A stretch of 36,375 nucleotides of DNA from Methanothrix sp. (lineage in GTDB: Archaea > Halobacteriota > Methanosarcinia > Methanotrichales > Methanotrichaceae): contig JBAXWY010000027.1 of NCBI GenBank assembly GCA_037128175.1, positions 1-36,375 on the forward strand, read 5' to 3'. The translations under genes were made by a program, and so were the position numbers. Below, piece by piece: positions 27,772-36,322 of the stretch; position 1 is the first letter of the stretch, and each line of letters starts with the position of its first letter. Under the pieces are notes generated by a model. It was given only the letters and a program-made list of their open reading frames with translations, was not told where the DNA came from and did no database searches.

Positions 27772-28285
27772 GATATAAATCCTCCAATTATTTGAACTAG
27801 ACTTTCTTCAGCATTGTTATGGTTTAAGTAATTTTTCATCCAAGAAGCTGGGAGCCTCCCTATCATACACATGTTTTTTCGCTCAGAAACCACTACTATT
27901 ATAATAAGTTCACCTATTGTTCAGATATAATCGGTCAGACTACAGCACTAACAAGGGATCTGTGTCCCACCGTCGTTGATCATTATTGACCTCCAATCGT
28001 GATGATTTAGCGGACATTGTCAAGCACAAGAAACGTTCAGTATTTACCCCATCTCGGAGAAATAGAGTGTTTTTCGGATCATTCATCCACTTATTGCCGC
28101 GAAGCCAAATTTGTCCGTTCGACATAGGCAGTATTAATACCAATTAATTCGGGCACTTCTAGAAGGAATAACTACTTAGATAATTCGGAACTACATTGAA
28201 CGGCAGGAAACCTCCTAAAAGAAAGGTGGGTATAAGCAAATGAATCCACAGGATTCTAGCTAACTTGGTGGAGTAACAATTGGAC

Positions 28286-28447
28286 TTATTTTAAAAAGTA
28301 ATACCCGGCAGCTCGTTGCGGCTGGGATGAAGATGAAGGACATGAGTATTCAACCTAGGCTTGGATAAGCCTGCATGTTTCTGTTGTTATGCGACGGCAC
28401 CTTGGATGCCACACTGCTTGCCGTGCGGTGCGCCGCCGCCGTTTCAC
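28286..28447 (-). repeat. Repeat family A, right copy (inverted)
   Basis: Reverse complement begins GTGAAACGGCGGCGGCGCACCGCACGGCAAGCAGTGTGGCATCCAAGGTGCC and matches the left copy. Confidence 0.92.
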
Positions 28448-28622
28448 ACAAGCCAAAAGAACGCGAGGAAATAAGCTGAAACGTAGTTTCGCAGGAATAG
28501 ATGCAAAATGATTTGGTGCCATTTGATTCGAACTCTTCCTTGGGTAATGAAATAGTTGCCCTGAAAACCAATCTCTACACAACCTTTATTTCCCATAACA
28601 TAAACCACACGTCCATCAGATT

Positions 28623-29141
28623 ATGAGGAATGCTATGCGACTTTCCATGGATTTAGAGCTGCAGGACATACCAGGTCAGCTTCTCCTGGCTTTGCAGCCC
28701 TTTGGGGATAATAAGGCTAACATCATCAGCGTGGTTCACCACAGGGACAGAAAGACACCGCGCGGCATGATCCCGGTTCGCTTCGTAGTGGAGATGGACC
28801 GGTCCAAGATCGAGACCGTCAACGCCAAGCTCAAGGAGGGCGGCATCTCCGTGGTGCGGGCGGGCGAGGACCGCCTCATTGAGGCCGTCTCAGTGGTGCT
28901 GGTTGGCCATGTGCTGCACAGCGATCTGGGAGATACCGTAAACCGCATCGACTCCACCGGCTTTGCCGAGGTCATGGACGTTTCTCTGACCATGACCGGT
29001 GTGGACGAGCCGTCTTCCGCCTATCTCAAGATCCGCGCTACCGGCAAGGCCGAGATCCAGAAGGCATTGGCCATCTTACGCGAAGTGGGCGCCGAGAAGA
29101 AGCTGCTTGTAATTGAACCGATAGAAACGGAGGCGGTCTGA
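28623..29141 (+). CDS. ACT-domain amino-acid-binding protein (homoserine dehydrogenase-associated)
   Basis: LELQDIPGQL...ANIISVVHHR ACT motif; directly upstream of hom. Confidence 0.88.
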   Translation: MRNAMRLSMDLELQDIPGQLLLALQPFGDNKANIISVVHHRDRKTPRGMIPVRFVVEMDRSKIETVNAKLKEGGISVVRAGEDRLIEAVSVVLVGHVLHSDLGDTVNRIDSTGFAEVMDVSLTMTGVDEPSSAYLKIRATGKAEIQKALAILREVGAEKKLLVIEPIETEAV

Positions 29142-29143
29142 AG

Positions 29144-30151
29144 ATGAGAGACATCAAGGTTTCCCTGGTGGGCTACGGTATTGTCGGCCACGGTGTGGTA
29201 GATGTCCTGAATCGCAAGAAGAAGATGCTCCGGGATATGGGCTTGAACCTTATGCTGATCAGCGTAACCGATCACACAGGAACAGTAGTGGCGGAAGACG
29301 GCGTGGACGCCGAAAGGATCCTTGGCGAGAGGACGCTGGCCAATTTAGCCACCACCAGCATGAAGGGCAAAGAGGCCATATCCGCCATCGACTCCGACCT
29401 GGTGATAGAGGTTACTCCCACTAACATCGTGCATGGCCAACCCGGCCTGGGTCACATGGAAGCGGCCCTCTCCAGCGGCAAGCACGTCGTCACCTCCAAC
29501 AAAGGACCGCTGGTGGTCTCCTACAGCCGCCTGAAAAAGCTGGCAGAGGACAACGGCGTGATGATGAAGTTCGAGGCCACCGTGGGCGGCACCATGCCCC
29601 TCATCAGCCTGGTGGAACGCACGCTGGTGGGCAACAACATTTTAGGCATCCGCGGCATCTTCAACGGCACCTGCAACTACATCCTCACCCGCATGACCGA
29701 GGAGGGCATACCCTACACTCATGCCCTGAGCGAGGCCCAGGATCTAGGGATAGCCGAGGCCGATCCCAGCTACGATGTGGAGGGCGTGGACACGGCCGGA
29801 AAGGTGGTCATCCTGGCCAATTCGCTCTTCAACATGAACATCAAGTACAGCGATGTGGATGTGACCGGCATCACCGGCGTCACTCCCGAGGCCCTGGCCC
29901 TGGCCAAGAAGCGCGGTTATGCCATCAAGCTCATCGGTGATGTGCCTGCCCTCACTGTGCGGCCCACTCTGGTGCCCCTGGGCAGCCCTATCGCGGTGTC
30001 GGGAACCCTGAACTCGGCGGCCATCTACACCGATCTATCTGGAACCATAACAGTAACCGGCCTTGGTGCCGGCTCCATCGAGACCGCTTCCGCCATTCTG
30101 ACCGATATCGTCAGCATCTACAGGACGAAACGCATCGATGCCATATTCTAA
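29144..30151 (+). CDS. hom: Homoserine dehydrogenase
   Basis: GYGIVGHG, HVVTSNKGP, FEATVGG, GIFNGTCNYIL, AEADPSYDVEGVD. Confidence 0.96.
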   Translation: MRDIKVSLVGYGIVGHGVVDVLNRKKKMLRDMGLNLMLISVTDHTGTVVAEDGVDAERILGERTLANLATTSMKGKEAISAIDSDLVIEVTPTNIVHGQPGLGHMEAALSSGKHVVTSNKGPLVVSYSRLKKLAEDNGVMMKFEATVGGTMPLISLVERTLVGNNILGIRGIFNGTCNYILTRMTEEGIPYTHALSEAQDLGIAEADPSYDVEGVDTAGKVVILANSLFNMNIKYSDVDVTGITGVTPEALALAKKRGYAIKLIGDVPALTVRPTLVPLGSPIAVSGTLNSAAIYTDLSGTITVTGLGAGSIETASAILTDIVSIYRTKRIDAIF

Positions 30152-31858
30152 ATGACCAGCTTTCTTGCCTTCGCAAAGCTCTGCCAGAATGTAGAGGCAG
30201 TATCCGGGTCCCTGGAGAAGATCGACCTAGTCGCAGCATTTCTGGCGGACCTGGACGAGGCAGAGCTTTCTGTGGCCTGTAGCTTCATCATGGGCACGCT
30301 CTTCCCGCCCAGCCTCGATCTGGTTATGGGCGTGGGACCCCGCATCCTTTACGAGGCCCTGGCGAAAGCCTGCGGCTGCCCGGCCGAGCAGATCTCGGAA
30401 ATGCTGCGTGCCACCGGGGACCCGGGCCTGGTTGCCGCCGGCATTGTGGAGAAGAGAAGGCCGCTTGGCTTTGCCGCCTTCCAAGAAGCAGAGCCGCTTT
30501 CCATCAAAGACGTTTATGAGAGATTTGAGGCAATAGCTCGCGTTTCCGGCAAGAGAAGCCAGGATGCTAAAATCAAAAACCTGCAATTTCTATTCAGCCA
30601 GGCCGGCTCTTTGGAGGCCAGGTATATCGCCCGCCTGGCCATAGAAGACATGAGGATCGGCATCGGTGAAGGGGGCGTACGCGATGCCGTTGCCAGGGCC
30701 TTTTCCAAAAGCGGGGCAGATGCTGAAAAGGTGGAACGGGCCTACAACCTCACCAACGATATGGGCCAGGTGGCGGTTGCTGCCAGGCGCGGCACTCTGG
30801 CGGAGCTATCGGTCATGATCAATCACCCCATCAAGATGATGCTGGCTTCCCTGGGGGAGAGCATTTCGTCTGCTTTGGGAGAGATTGGTACGGCTGCCAT
30901 CGAATGGAAATATGACGGCGCTCGCGTGCAGATCCATAAAGAAGGGGACAACATTGCTATCTTCTCCCGGCGCATGGAGAATGTGACGGCATCCTTGCCG
31001 GAGATCGTCCTGGCGGCCAGGCAAATAAATGCAAAGAGCGCCATACTGGATGGAGAAGCCGTGGCCATCGGCAAAGACGGCCGACCAAAGGCCTTCCAGG
31101 AGATTATGAAACGGTTTCGCAGGAAATACAATGTAGAAAAGCTTGCCGCCCAGATTCCCTTGCGCCTCTTCCTTTTCGATTTGATATATCTGGATGGCAA
31201 AAGCGTAACACATCTGCCCCTTAGCGAAAGAAGAGCGCTCCTGGAGAAGATTACCACACAAAATCCTACCAGTTACGCTCTTCTCGCCGATCAGGTCCTG
31301 TCGGACAGTGTCGAGGCTACAGAGGAGATCTACCGTCAGGCTCTGGCTGCAGGTCACGAAGGGCTTATTTTAAAGAATCCCTCCTCAGTCTACGCTCCGG
31401 GAAAGAGGGGCAAGAACTGGCTGAAGATCAAGCCGGTTATGGAAACTCTGGACCTGGTGGTGATAGGCGCAAAATGGGGCGAGGGGCGCAGAGCCAGCTT
31501 TTTGGGCTCCTACCGGCTGGGATGCCGGGACACTGCCACCGGCAATCTTTTAGATATGGGCTTTGTGGCCACAGGTATCACGGATGAGGCTCTGGCTGAA
31601 CTCACGGATATGTTCCGGGAACTGATTTTGCTGGAGAAGGGCATGGAGGTGGAGATCAAGCCGGCAGTGATCTTCGAGGTGGCCTACGAGGAGATACAAA
31701 GGAGTCCCAACTACTCCTCCGGATATGCCTTACGTTTCCCACGCATGGTCGCAGTAAGGGACGACAAGTCTCTGGAGGAGGCGGACAGCTTAGAACGCGT
31801 TGTCTCCCTTTACAAAGGACAGAGGGGCAGAGGCAATTCAATATTGGAGGCAAGTTAA
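30152..31858 (+). CDS. lig: ATP-dependent DNA ligase
   Basis: Motif I EWKYDGAR, ILDGE, FLFD, EGLILK, WLKIK, LRFPR. Confidence 0.97.
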   Translation: MTSFLAFAKLCQNVEAVSGSLEKIDLVAAFLADLDEAELSVACSFIMGTLFPPSLDLVMGVGPRILYEALAKACGCPAEQISEMLRATGDPGLVAAGIVEKRRPLGFAAFQEAEPLSIKDVYERFEAIARVSGKRSQDAKIKNLQFLFSQAGSLEARYIARLAIEDMRIGIGEGGVRDAVARAFSKSGADAEKVERAYNLTNDMGQVAVAARRGTLAELSVMINHPIKMMLASLGESISSALGEIGTAAIEWKYDGARVQIHKEGDNIAIFSRRMENVTASLPEIVLAARQINAKSAILDGEAVAIGKDGRPKAFQEIMKRFRRKYNVEKLAAQIPLRLFLFDLIYLDGKSVTHLPLSERRALLEKITTQNPTSYALLADQVLSDSVEATEEIYRQALAAGHEGLILKNPSSVYAPGKRGKNWLKIKPVMETLDLVVIGAKWGEGRRASFLGSYRLGCRDTATGNLLDMGFVATGITDEALAELTDMFRELILLEKGMEVEIKPAVIFEVAYEEIQRSPNYSSGYALRFPRMVAVRDDKSLEEADSLERVVSLYKGQRGRGNSILEAS

Positions 31859-31860
31859 AG

Positions 31861-33147
31861 ATGATTACAAAGATGCTAAGTGAGCTGAAGGATGAGGATC
31901 TGCAAGCTCTTCTCTCCCGAGATGTGGGCATAACCGACGTGCTTTCCGCCGTTAATGAGATTGTCATGGAGGTGGGAAGCAAGGGGGATGAGGCGCTCTT
32001 CAAGTACACGGAGAAGTTTGAGGGAGCACGCCTCGACGACCTTCAGGTTAGCGAAGAAGAGATAGATGCAGCTTACGATCTGGTGGAGGAAAGGCTCATG
32101 GAGGCCTTATCCGATGCGGCAGATAACATCCGCCAATTCCATAACCTGCAAAAAGAGCGCGATCTGTGGATGACCGAGATTGCTCCCGGCGTCTCTGTGG
32201 GCCAGAAGGTCGTGCCCCTTGACTCGGTGGGCGCTTATGTGCCGGGCGGGAGAGCCTCTTACCCCAGCTCTGCTTTGATGAATGTTATTCCCGCCAAAGT
32301 GGCCGGTGTTTCCAGGATAGTAGTATGCACTCCACCCAAAGCAGATGGGTCCGTAACTCCCCTCACCATCGTAGCTGCCGATATGGCCGGTGCCGATGAG
32401 ATTTACAAGCTGGGCGGGGCCCAGGCCATAGCTGCCATGGGTCTAGGCACCGAGAGCCTGGAGCGGGTGCAAAAGATCGTGGGGCCGGGCAATGTGTACG
32501 TCACCGCGGCCAAGATGCTTCTGCGGGGCAGCGTGGAGATCGACTTTCCGGCAGGCCCCAGCGAAGTTCTCATCCTGGCCGATCGGACCGCCGATCCGGG
32601 AGTGATCGCCGCAGATATGATCGCTCAGGGGGAGCATGATCCCAAGTCCATCTCTGTGCTGGTCGCTCTGGATGATCTTTTGGCCAGCGCCGTGATCGAG
32701 GAACTGAGCATTCAGGCGGCGGGCGCAGCGCGCCGTGAGATTGTGGAGCAGAGTCTGGCGCACAGCGCCGTTCTCCTGGCCAACGACATGGACGAGGCTC
32801 TGGACTTTTGCAATGCCTTCGCGCCTGAGCATTTGGAGATCATCACCAAGGACCCCATGGACGTCCTGAGGTACATTCGCAATGCCGGCAGCGTGTTTTT
32901 GGGAAAGTTCACGCCGGTAGCGGCAGGCGACTATGCCAGCGGCACCAATCACGTGCTTCCTACCTCCGGCTACGCCCGGGTCTTCTCGGGACTGAATGTG
33001 GACCACTTCACCAAGAAGATCAGCGTGCAGATGATCACCGACGATGGTCTGCTGGGACTCGAAGATACTATCACTACTCTGGCCGAGGCGGAAGGGCTGA
33101 AGGCGCACGCGGAATCGGTTAGAAGAAGGCTGGAGCCGAAGGTTTGA
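31861..33147 (+). CDS. hisD: Histidinol dehydrogenase
   Basis: [42 protein letters not shown]. Confidence 0.97.
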   Translation: MITKMLSELKDEDLQALLSRDVGITDVLSAVNEIVMEVGSKGDEALFKYTEKFEGARLDDLQVSEEEIDAAYDLVEERLMEALSDAADNIRQFHNLQKERDLWMTEIAPGVSVGQKVVPLDSVGAYVPGGRASYPSSALMNVIPAKVAGVSRIVVCTPPKADGSVTPLTIVAADMAGADEIYKLGGAQAIAAMGLGTESLERVQKIVGPGNVYVTAAKMLLRGSVEIDFPAGPSEVLILADRTADPGVIAADMIAQGEHDPKSISVLVALDDLLASAVIEELSIQAAGAARREIVEQSLAHSAVLLANDMDEALDFCNAFAPEHLEIITKDPMDVLRYIRNAGSVFLGKFTPVAAGDYASGTNHVLPTSGYARVFSGLNVDHFTKKISVQMITDDGLLGLEDTITTLAEAEGLKAHAESVRRRLEPKV

Positions 33148-33209
33148 AGACTGGACAGAGGCTAATAAGCTAATGTGGCGATAAAAAGAACAGCGTTTTT
33201 ATCGCTCGC

Positions 33210-33809
33210 TCATATTTTCCTTAATTCTTCGGAAATTGTCTTTTTAGCGCCACGGCTAACCATTTCTTGCAAAGCCGCGCTAGAATCCTCTGGTTGCAAG
33301 TTCACCCCGGCGATGGCATCGGTTAATATGAAGACTTTCAGTCCGGCTTTAAGCGCATCCAAAGCAGAATATTTGACGCAATAATCCGTAGCCAGCCCGC
33401 CGATATAGATCTGCGTAACTCCAAAAATTTTCAATAGATTCGTTAATGCCATTCCGCTTGAATCTATGGCGTGGAAGGCCGAATAGCTGTCTTTTTCCGG
33501 GTCCATGCCCTTGGACATCACCAGGGCTTCTTTTGGAAGCTCAAGGTCCGGATGAAACATAGCTCCTGAACTTCCCTCGACACAATGCTCGGGCCATACT
33601 CCACCAAATTGCTTAAAATGTTTAGTGGCTTTGGGATGCCAATCCCTCGTCACAATGATCTGCAAATTTTCCTTCTCAAAAAACTTAATGCACCTGTTAA
33701 GAATTGGGATGATCTTGTGACCCTCGTGGATTCCCAAAGCGCCACCTGGACAAAAATCATTTTGGACGTCAACCACCAAAAGAGCCTTCTTTGATTTTAG
33801 TGAGATCAT
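33210..33809 (-). CDS. pncA: Nicotinamidase/pyrazinamidase
   Basis: VDVQNDFCPGGAL, DWHP, WPEHCV, SKG..YSAF, GLATDYCV. Confidence 0.93.
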   Translation of the reverse strand: MISLKSKKALLVVDVQNDFCPGGALGIHEGHKIIPILNRCIKFFEKENLQIIVTRDWHPKATKHFKQFGGVWPEHCVEGSSGAMFHPDLELPKEALVMSKGMDPEKDSYSAFHAIDSSGMALTNLLKIFGVTQIYIGGLATDYCVKYSALDALKAGLKVFILTDAIAGVNLQPEDSSAALQEMVSRGAKKTISEELRKI

Positions 33810-33889
33810 ATGTAAAACATCCGGCTGAGACTGTTCACGGCATCTCTATCCTCGTTTCGTTATATTAGCTTTTCTTTGCTTGGCCAGGG

Positions 33890-34040
33890 TCCTCTGCCCC
33901 GCGAAGCCCGAGCGCCCGCCGGGTTGGAGGCAGATCAAGGCTGCGGTCCTGCGGGCAAGCCTGCGGCGCAGCCATTGAATCCGCCCCACCGTCGAACCCG
34001 GATTTTGGGGGCGCTTAGGCAAGCCTCGCGGAGCGAAGGA
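33890..34040 (-). other. 151-nt GC-rich rod-like hairpin (candidate ncRNA or ssDNA-fold element)
   Basis: Nested stems read by eye; most plus-strand A-C mismatches become G-U pairs on the minus strand; apex G-CUUG-C on the minus strand. Confidence 0.7.
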
Positions 34041-34218
34041 ATCATGTACGAAAATGCTGCGGGCCGGGTGTGTGTTGTGTATATAACTAGAACTACCTAA
34101 CCACCGAATGCGTGGATATTATTACCGGTAAAGGGTTAGTAATGAGGCACATTTTGATAGGTCTGACCCAAAGGTTTTTCGTCTGATGCATCTATCATGA
34201 ATACAGGGTGGATAAAAG

Positions 34219-34790
34219 ATGCTTGGCTTGCGCTTTATTTTATTTATTTTCTTGGTTGTCTGCTTCATTCAGGGATCACTGGCTATCGAAGTATCTTTCT
34301 CAGCAGAGGATGGCCGGGGAATCAGTGGGCATTTATGATGATTACGAAGTCAGCACGGATGTCTCTGTTTCTGAGGAGTCCGAGGCTAAATTTGGAAACG
34401 TGGAGATGACCAACTCCAAGGAGCTGGCTGGTTCAGGTGATGTTACCATGGCACAGACCTATAGCGGTAGCAGTGGTTATGTTGGCAATAATTTTGTTAT
34501 TGCTCAGGATTCATCCAGTACAATATCCACCAGTGCAATTCTTACACCTGCAACGCTCAATGCCAAACTTAGCGGGAACATCATTGGACGATCAGGCCGC
34601 ATGGAGGTTTAAATTTAATCTCAAATGGAAATAGTGCTCAGACAAGTACGTGGATGAACTGGGGCATGCTGAGCACTAACATGGCTGCCGCGTGGAAAGG
34701 CAGTGCGAGCGTATACCAAATAACTGAGGTAAATGCAGAGGAGGGTTCTGCTCAATCTTCTGCTGGCACAGGCATCCCGTCGCCGCGGCT
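34219..34790 (+). pseudogene. Frameshifted, truncated secreted protein
   Basis: MLGLRFILFIFLVVCFIQGSLA-IEVSFSAEDG / GESVGIYDDYEV...GRSGRM / GLNLISNGNSAQTSTW...GSAQSSAG across two frame changes (~34315, ~34605); right boundary approximate. Confidence 0.7.
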
Positions 34791-34808
34791 GCAAGAGTGG
34801 GAGAAGAG
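34763..34808 (+). repeat. 46-bp imperfect direct repeat, copy 1
   Basis: 38/46 identical, ungapped, to 35901-35946. Confidence 0.85.
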
Positions 34809-34861
34809 TGAAGGAAAGGGTTCCACGTTCCGAAAACATACTTTATGGGCAAACCCAGGCT

Positions 34862-35341
34862 TCAATAAGATTCTTCCGGATGCTCGTTTCGGATAACACT
34901 TTGATATGTCATCTCAGCCCCCGTAACGAGATGGTTATTTTCATACATCTCACCAACTTCGCAGGGCTCATATTTTTCCCTTAATTCTGAATCGTAGTAG
35001 TCTGCAACGACATCGTCCATGCAATCCGTACCGTTTCTATCATCGAGGACCGCATAAGCTAAGAAAGTTAATGCAAGATACCTTTTTGATTCTGTATTGA
35101 CCCGGTATACCGGATGCTGGTGATCGCTTTCATCTTTTATCAATAAACCAAGTGAGGATAAAATTCTTAGAGATTCTCTAACCGTAGGCGCGCAGTTTTT
35201 GGTTAGCATTTCCAAATCTATGGGCCGGTATTTAGTGAAGGGATCTGCAATAACTTGCCGTATTACTCGAATATGATTGGAATCCCCAAACAAACCATCG
35301 TAGGGTGGCCTTGTTTCTTTAGATATTTCACTGGCAGCCAT
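34862..35341 (-). CDS. Hypothetical winged-helix-like protein
   Basis: LFGDSxxIRVI...DL..LT..APTVRESLRILxxLGLL...YRVN pattern. Confidence 0.65.
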   Translation of the reverse strand: MAASEISKETRPPYDGLFGDSNHIRVIRQVIADPFTKYRPIDLEMLTKNCAPTVRESLRILSSLGLLIKDESDHQHPVYRVNTESKRYLALTFLAYAVLDDRNGTDCMDDVVADYYDSELREKYEPCEVGEMYENNHLVTGAEMTYQSVIRNEHPEESY

Positions 35342-35431
35342 TTTCTAGCGATCTCCCTTTATGTTTGTTATAGACGTTCTTGATGCAGGTAAGATATAAA
35401 CCTTCTTAATAATAGAAATTATTATTTCGGT

Positions 35432-35767
35432 TCAATATATCCGAGGATTATCTGCCCCATGGTGTCCTCGAACAACATTATATGCTATTGCCCAATTCGT
35501 TGCCCATTTAGATCCTCTTGGCGTTAATTCAATAATTTTCTGTCTCTTAACTATGAGTTCAGGCCCAAGAGAATTCACATATTCATACAGATTGACGCCA
35601 TCCAATTTTGGTGTTGGGTGGTTCTTCTTGCTCAATTCCCATTGATATTCGCATACAGATAATTCTTCATCCCCACCTTGCTTTGCAAGCCACGCAAGGA
35701 ATGCCGCACCAGCAAGATGTGGATCAGGAGGATCAAGCCTTGGCCTGGCGCCGCGGGGTAGTGGCAT
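35432..35767 (-). CDS. Hypothetical protein (possibly 5'-truncated)
   Basis: 111 open codons in AT-rich DNA, co-oriented with the neighbour; an upstream ATG (35809) is separated from it by one in-frame TAG. Confidence 0.5.
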   Translation of the reverse strand: MPLPRGARPRLDPPDPHLAGAAFLAWLAKQGGDEELSVCEYQWELSKKNHPTPKLDGVNLYEYVNSLGPELIVKRQKIIELTPRGSKWATNWAIAYNVVRGHHGADNPRIY

Positions 35768-35900
35768 GGATTCAGTAATTGGAGTTATTGACTAAAATGT
35801 TTTTGCCATGAAGTGTCTCCGTAAGAAGGTGCTCTCATCTCCGTCCCCTCACCCAGGGCAAATTAGAAGGCCAGGGTGCTCGCATCCAGGACATCCTTGA

Positions 35901-35946
35901 CTGGCAAAGACATCCTACCGCCACTGCTGCGAGAGTGGGAGAAGAG
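35901..35946 (+). repeat. 46-bp imperfect direct repeat, copy 2
   Basis: CTGGCAAAGACATCCTACCGCCACTGCTGCGAGAGTGGGAGAAGAG; last 15 bp identical to copy 1. Confidence 0.85.
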
Positions 35947-36000
35947 ACCGCGTGAAATTAAAGGTGTCTCGATCCGTCCCTACGCCTACAATTTCTTGCG

Positions 36001-36111
36001 CTCTTCGCTATTTCCAGTTACTATGGTTTTTCAGTTGTTAGTTCGTCGCTCTGTGCCTCTGTGCGCTCTGTGTCTCTGTGGTGGAAAACGTCGTTAGCCG
36101 CTGGTTATAAT
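36001..36111 (+). repeat. Dispersed repeat family B, copy 3
   Basis: CTCTTCGCTATTTCCAG...four CTCTGTG units...CGTCGTTAGCCGCTGGTTATAAT matches the reverse complement of 24265-24390. Confidence 0.88.
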
Positions 36112-36322
36112 ACTATCGAAAAAGCGAGAAACCAATTTTTTGCCCTCTCATCGGCAGAACTTATTTATCATCAAAAGCCCATTTCTTTTTTATGTGCGCC
36201 ACCTGCGGCTGTGGAGTGGATCTGGGCAGCACGGAAGAGGTCTTTGCCAAGAATTACAGGTGCCAGGACTGCGACCAAGTCTTCAAAGGCTTCGGCTACA
36301 AGCTGCCTTGCCCGCGCTGCAA

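Larger units (their letters stand above)
25338..28447. mobile_element. Putative non-autonomous cassette: AT-rich two-gene island bounded by long inverted repeats
   Basis: Sharp drop in GC just inside both repeats; no recombinase encoded; no target-site duplication seen. Confidence 0.55.

Noticed and set aside
27940-28143. Third cargo gene in the AT-rich island
   Set aside because: Only 67 codons, weak start, no motif; cannot be distinguished from a remnant or chance ORF.
33890-34040. SRP RNA or RNase P RNA
   Set aside because: Too short and lacks the SRP helix-8 GGAA/AGCA motif and the RNase P GAGGAAAGUCC motif.
35768-35809. Pyrrolysine read-through of the in-frame TAG upstream of ORF 35432-35767
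   Set aside because: No pyl genes in view and no homology support; a nonsense mutation or chance is simpler.
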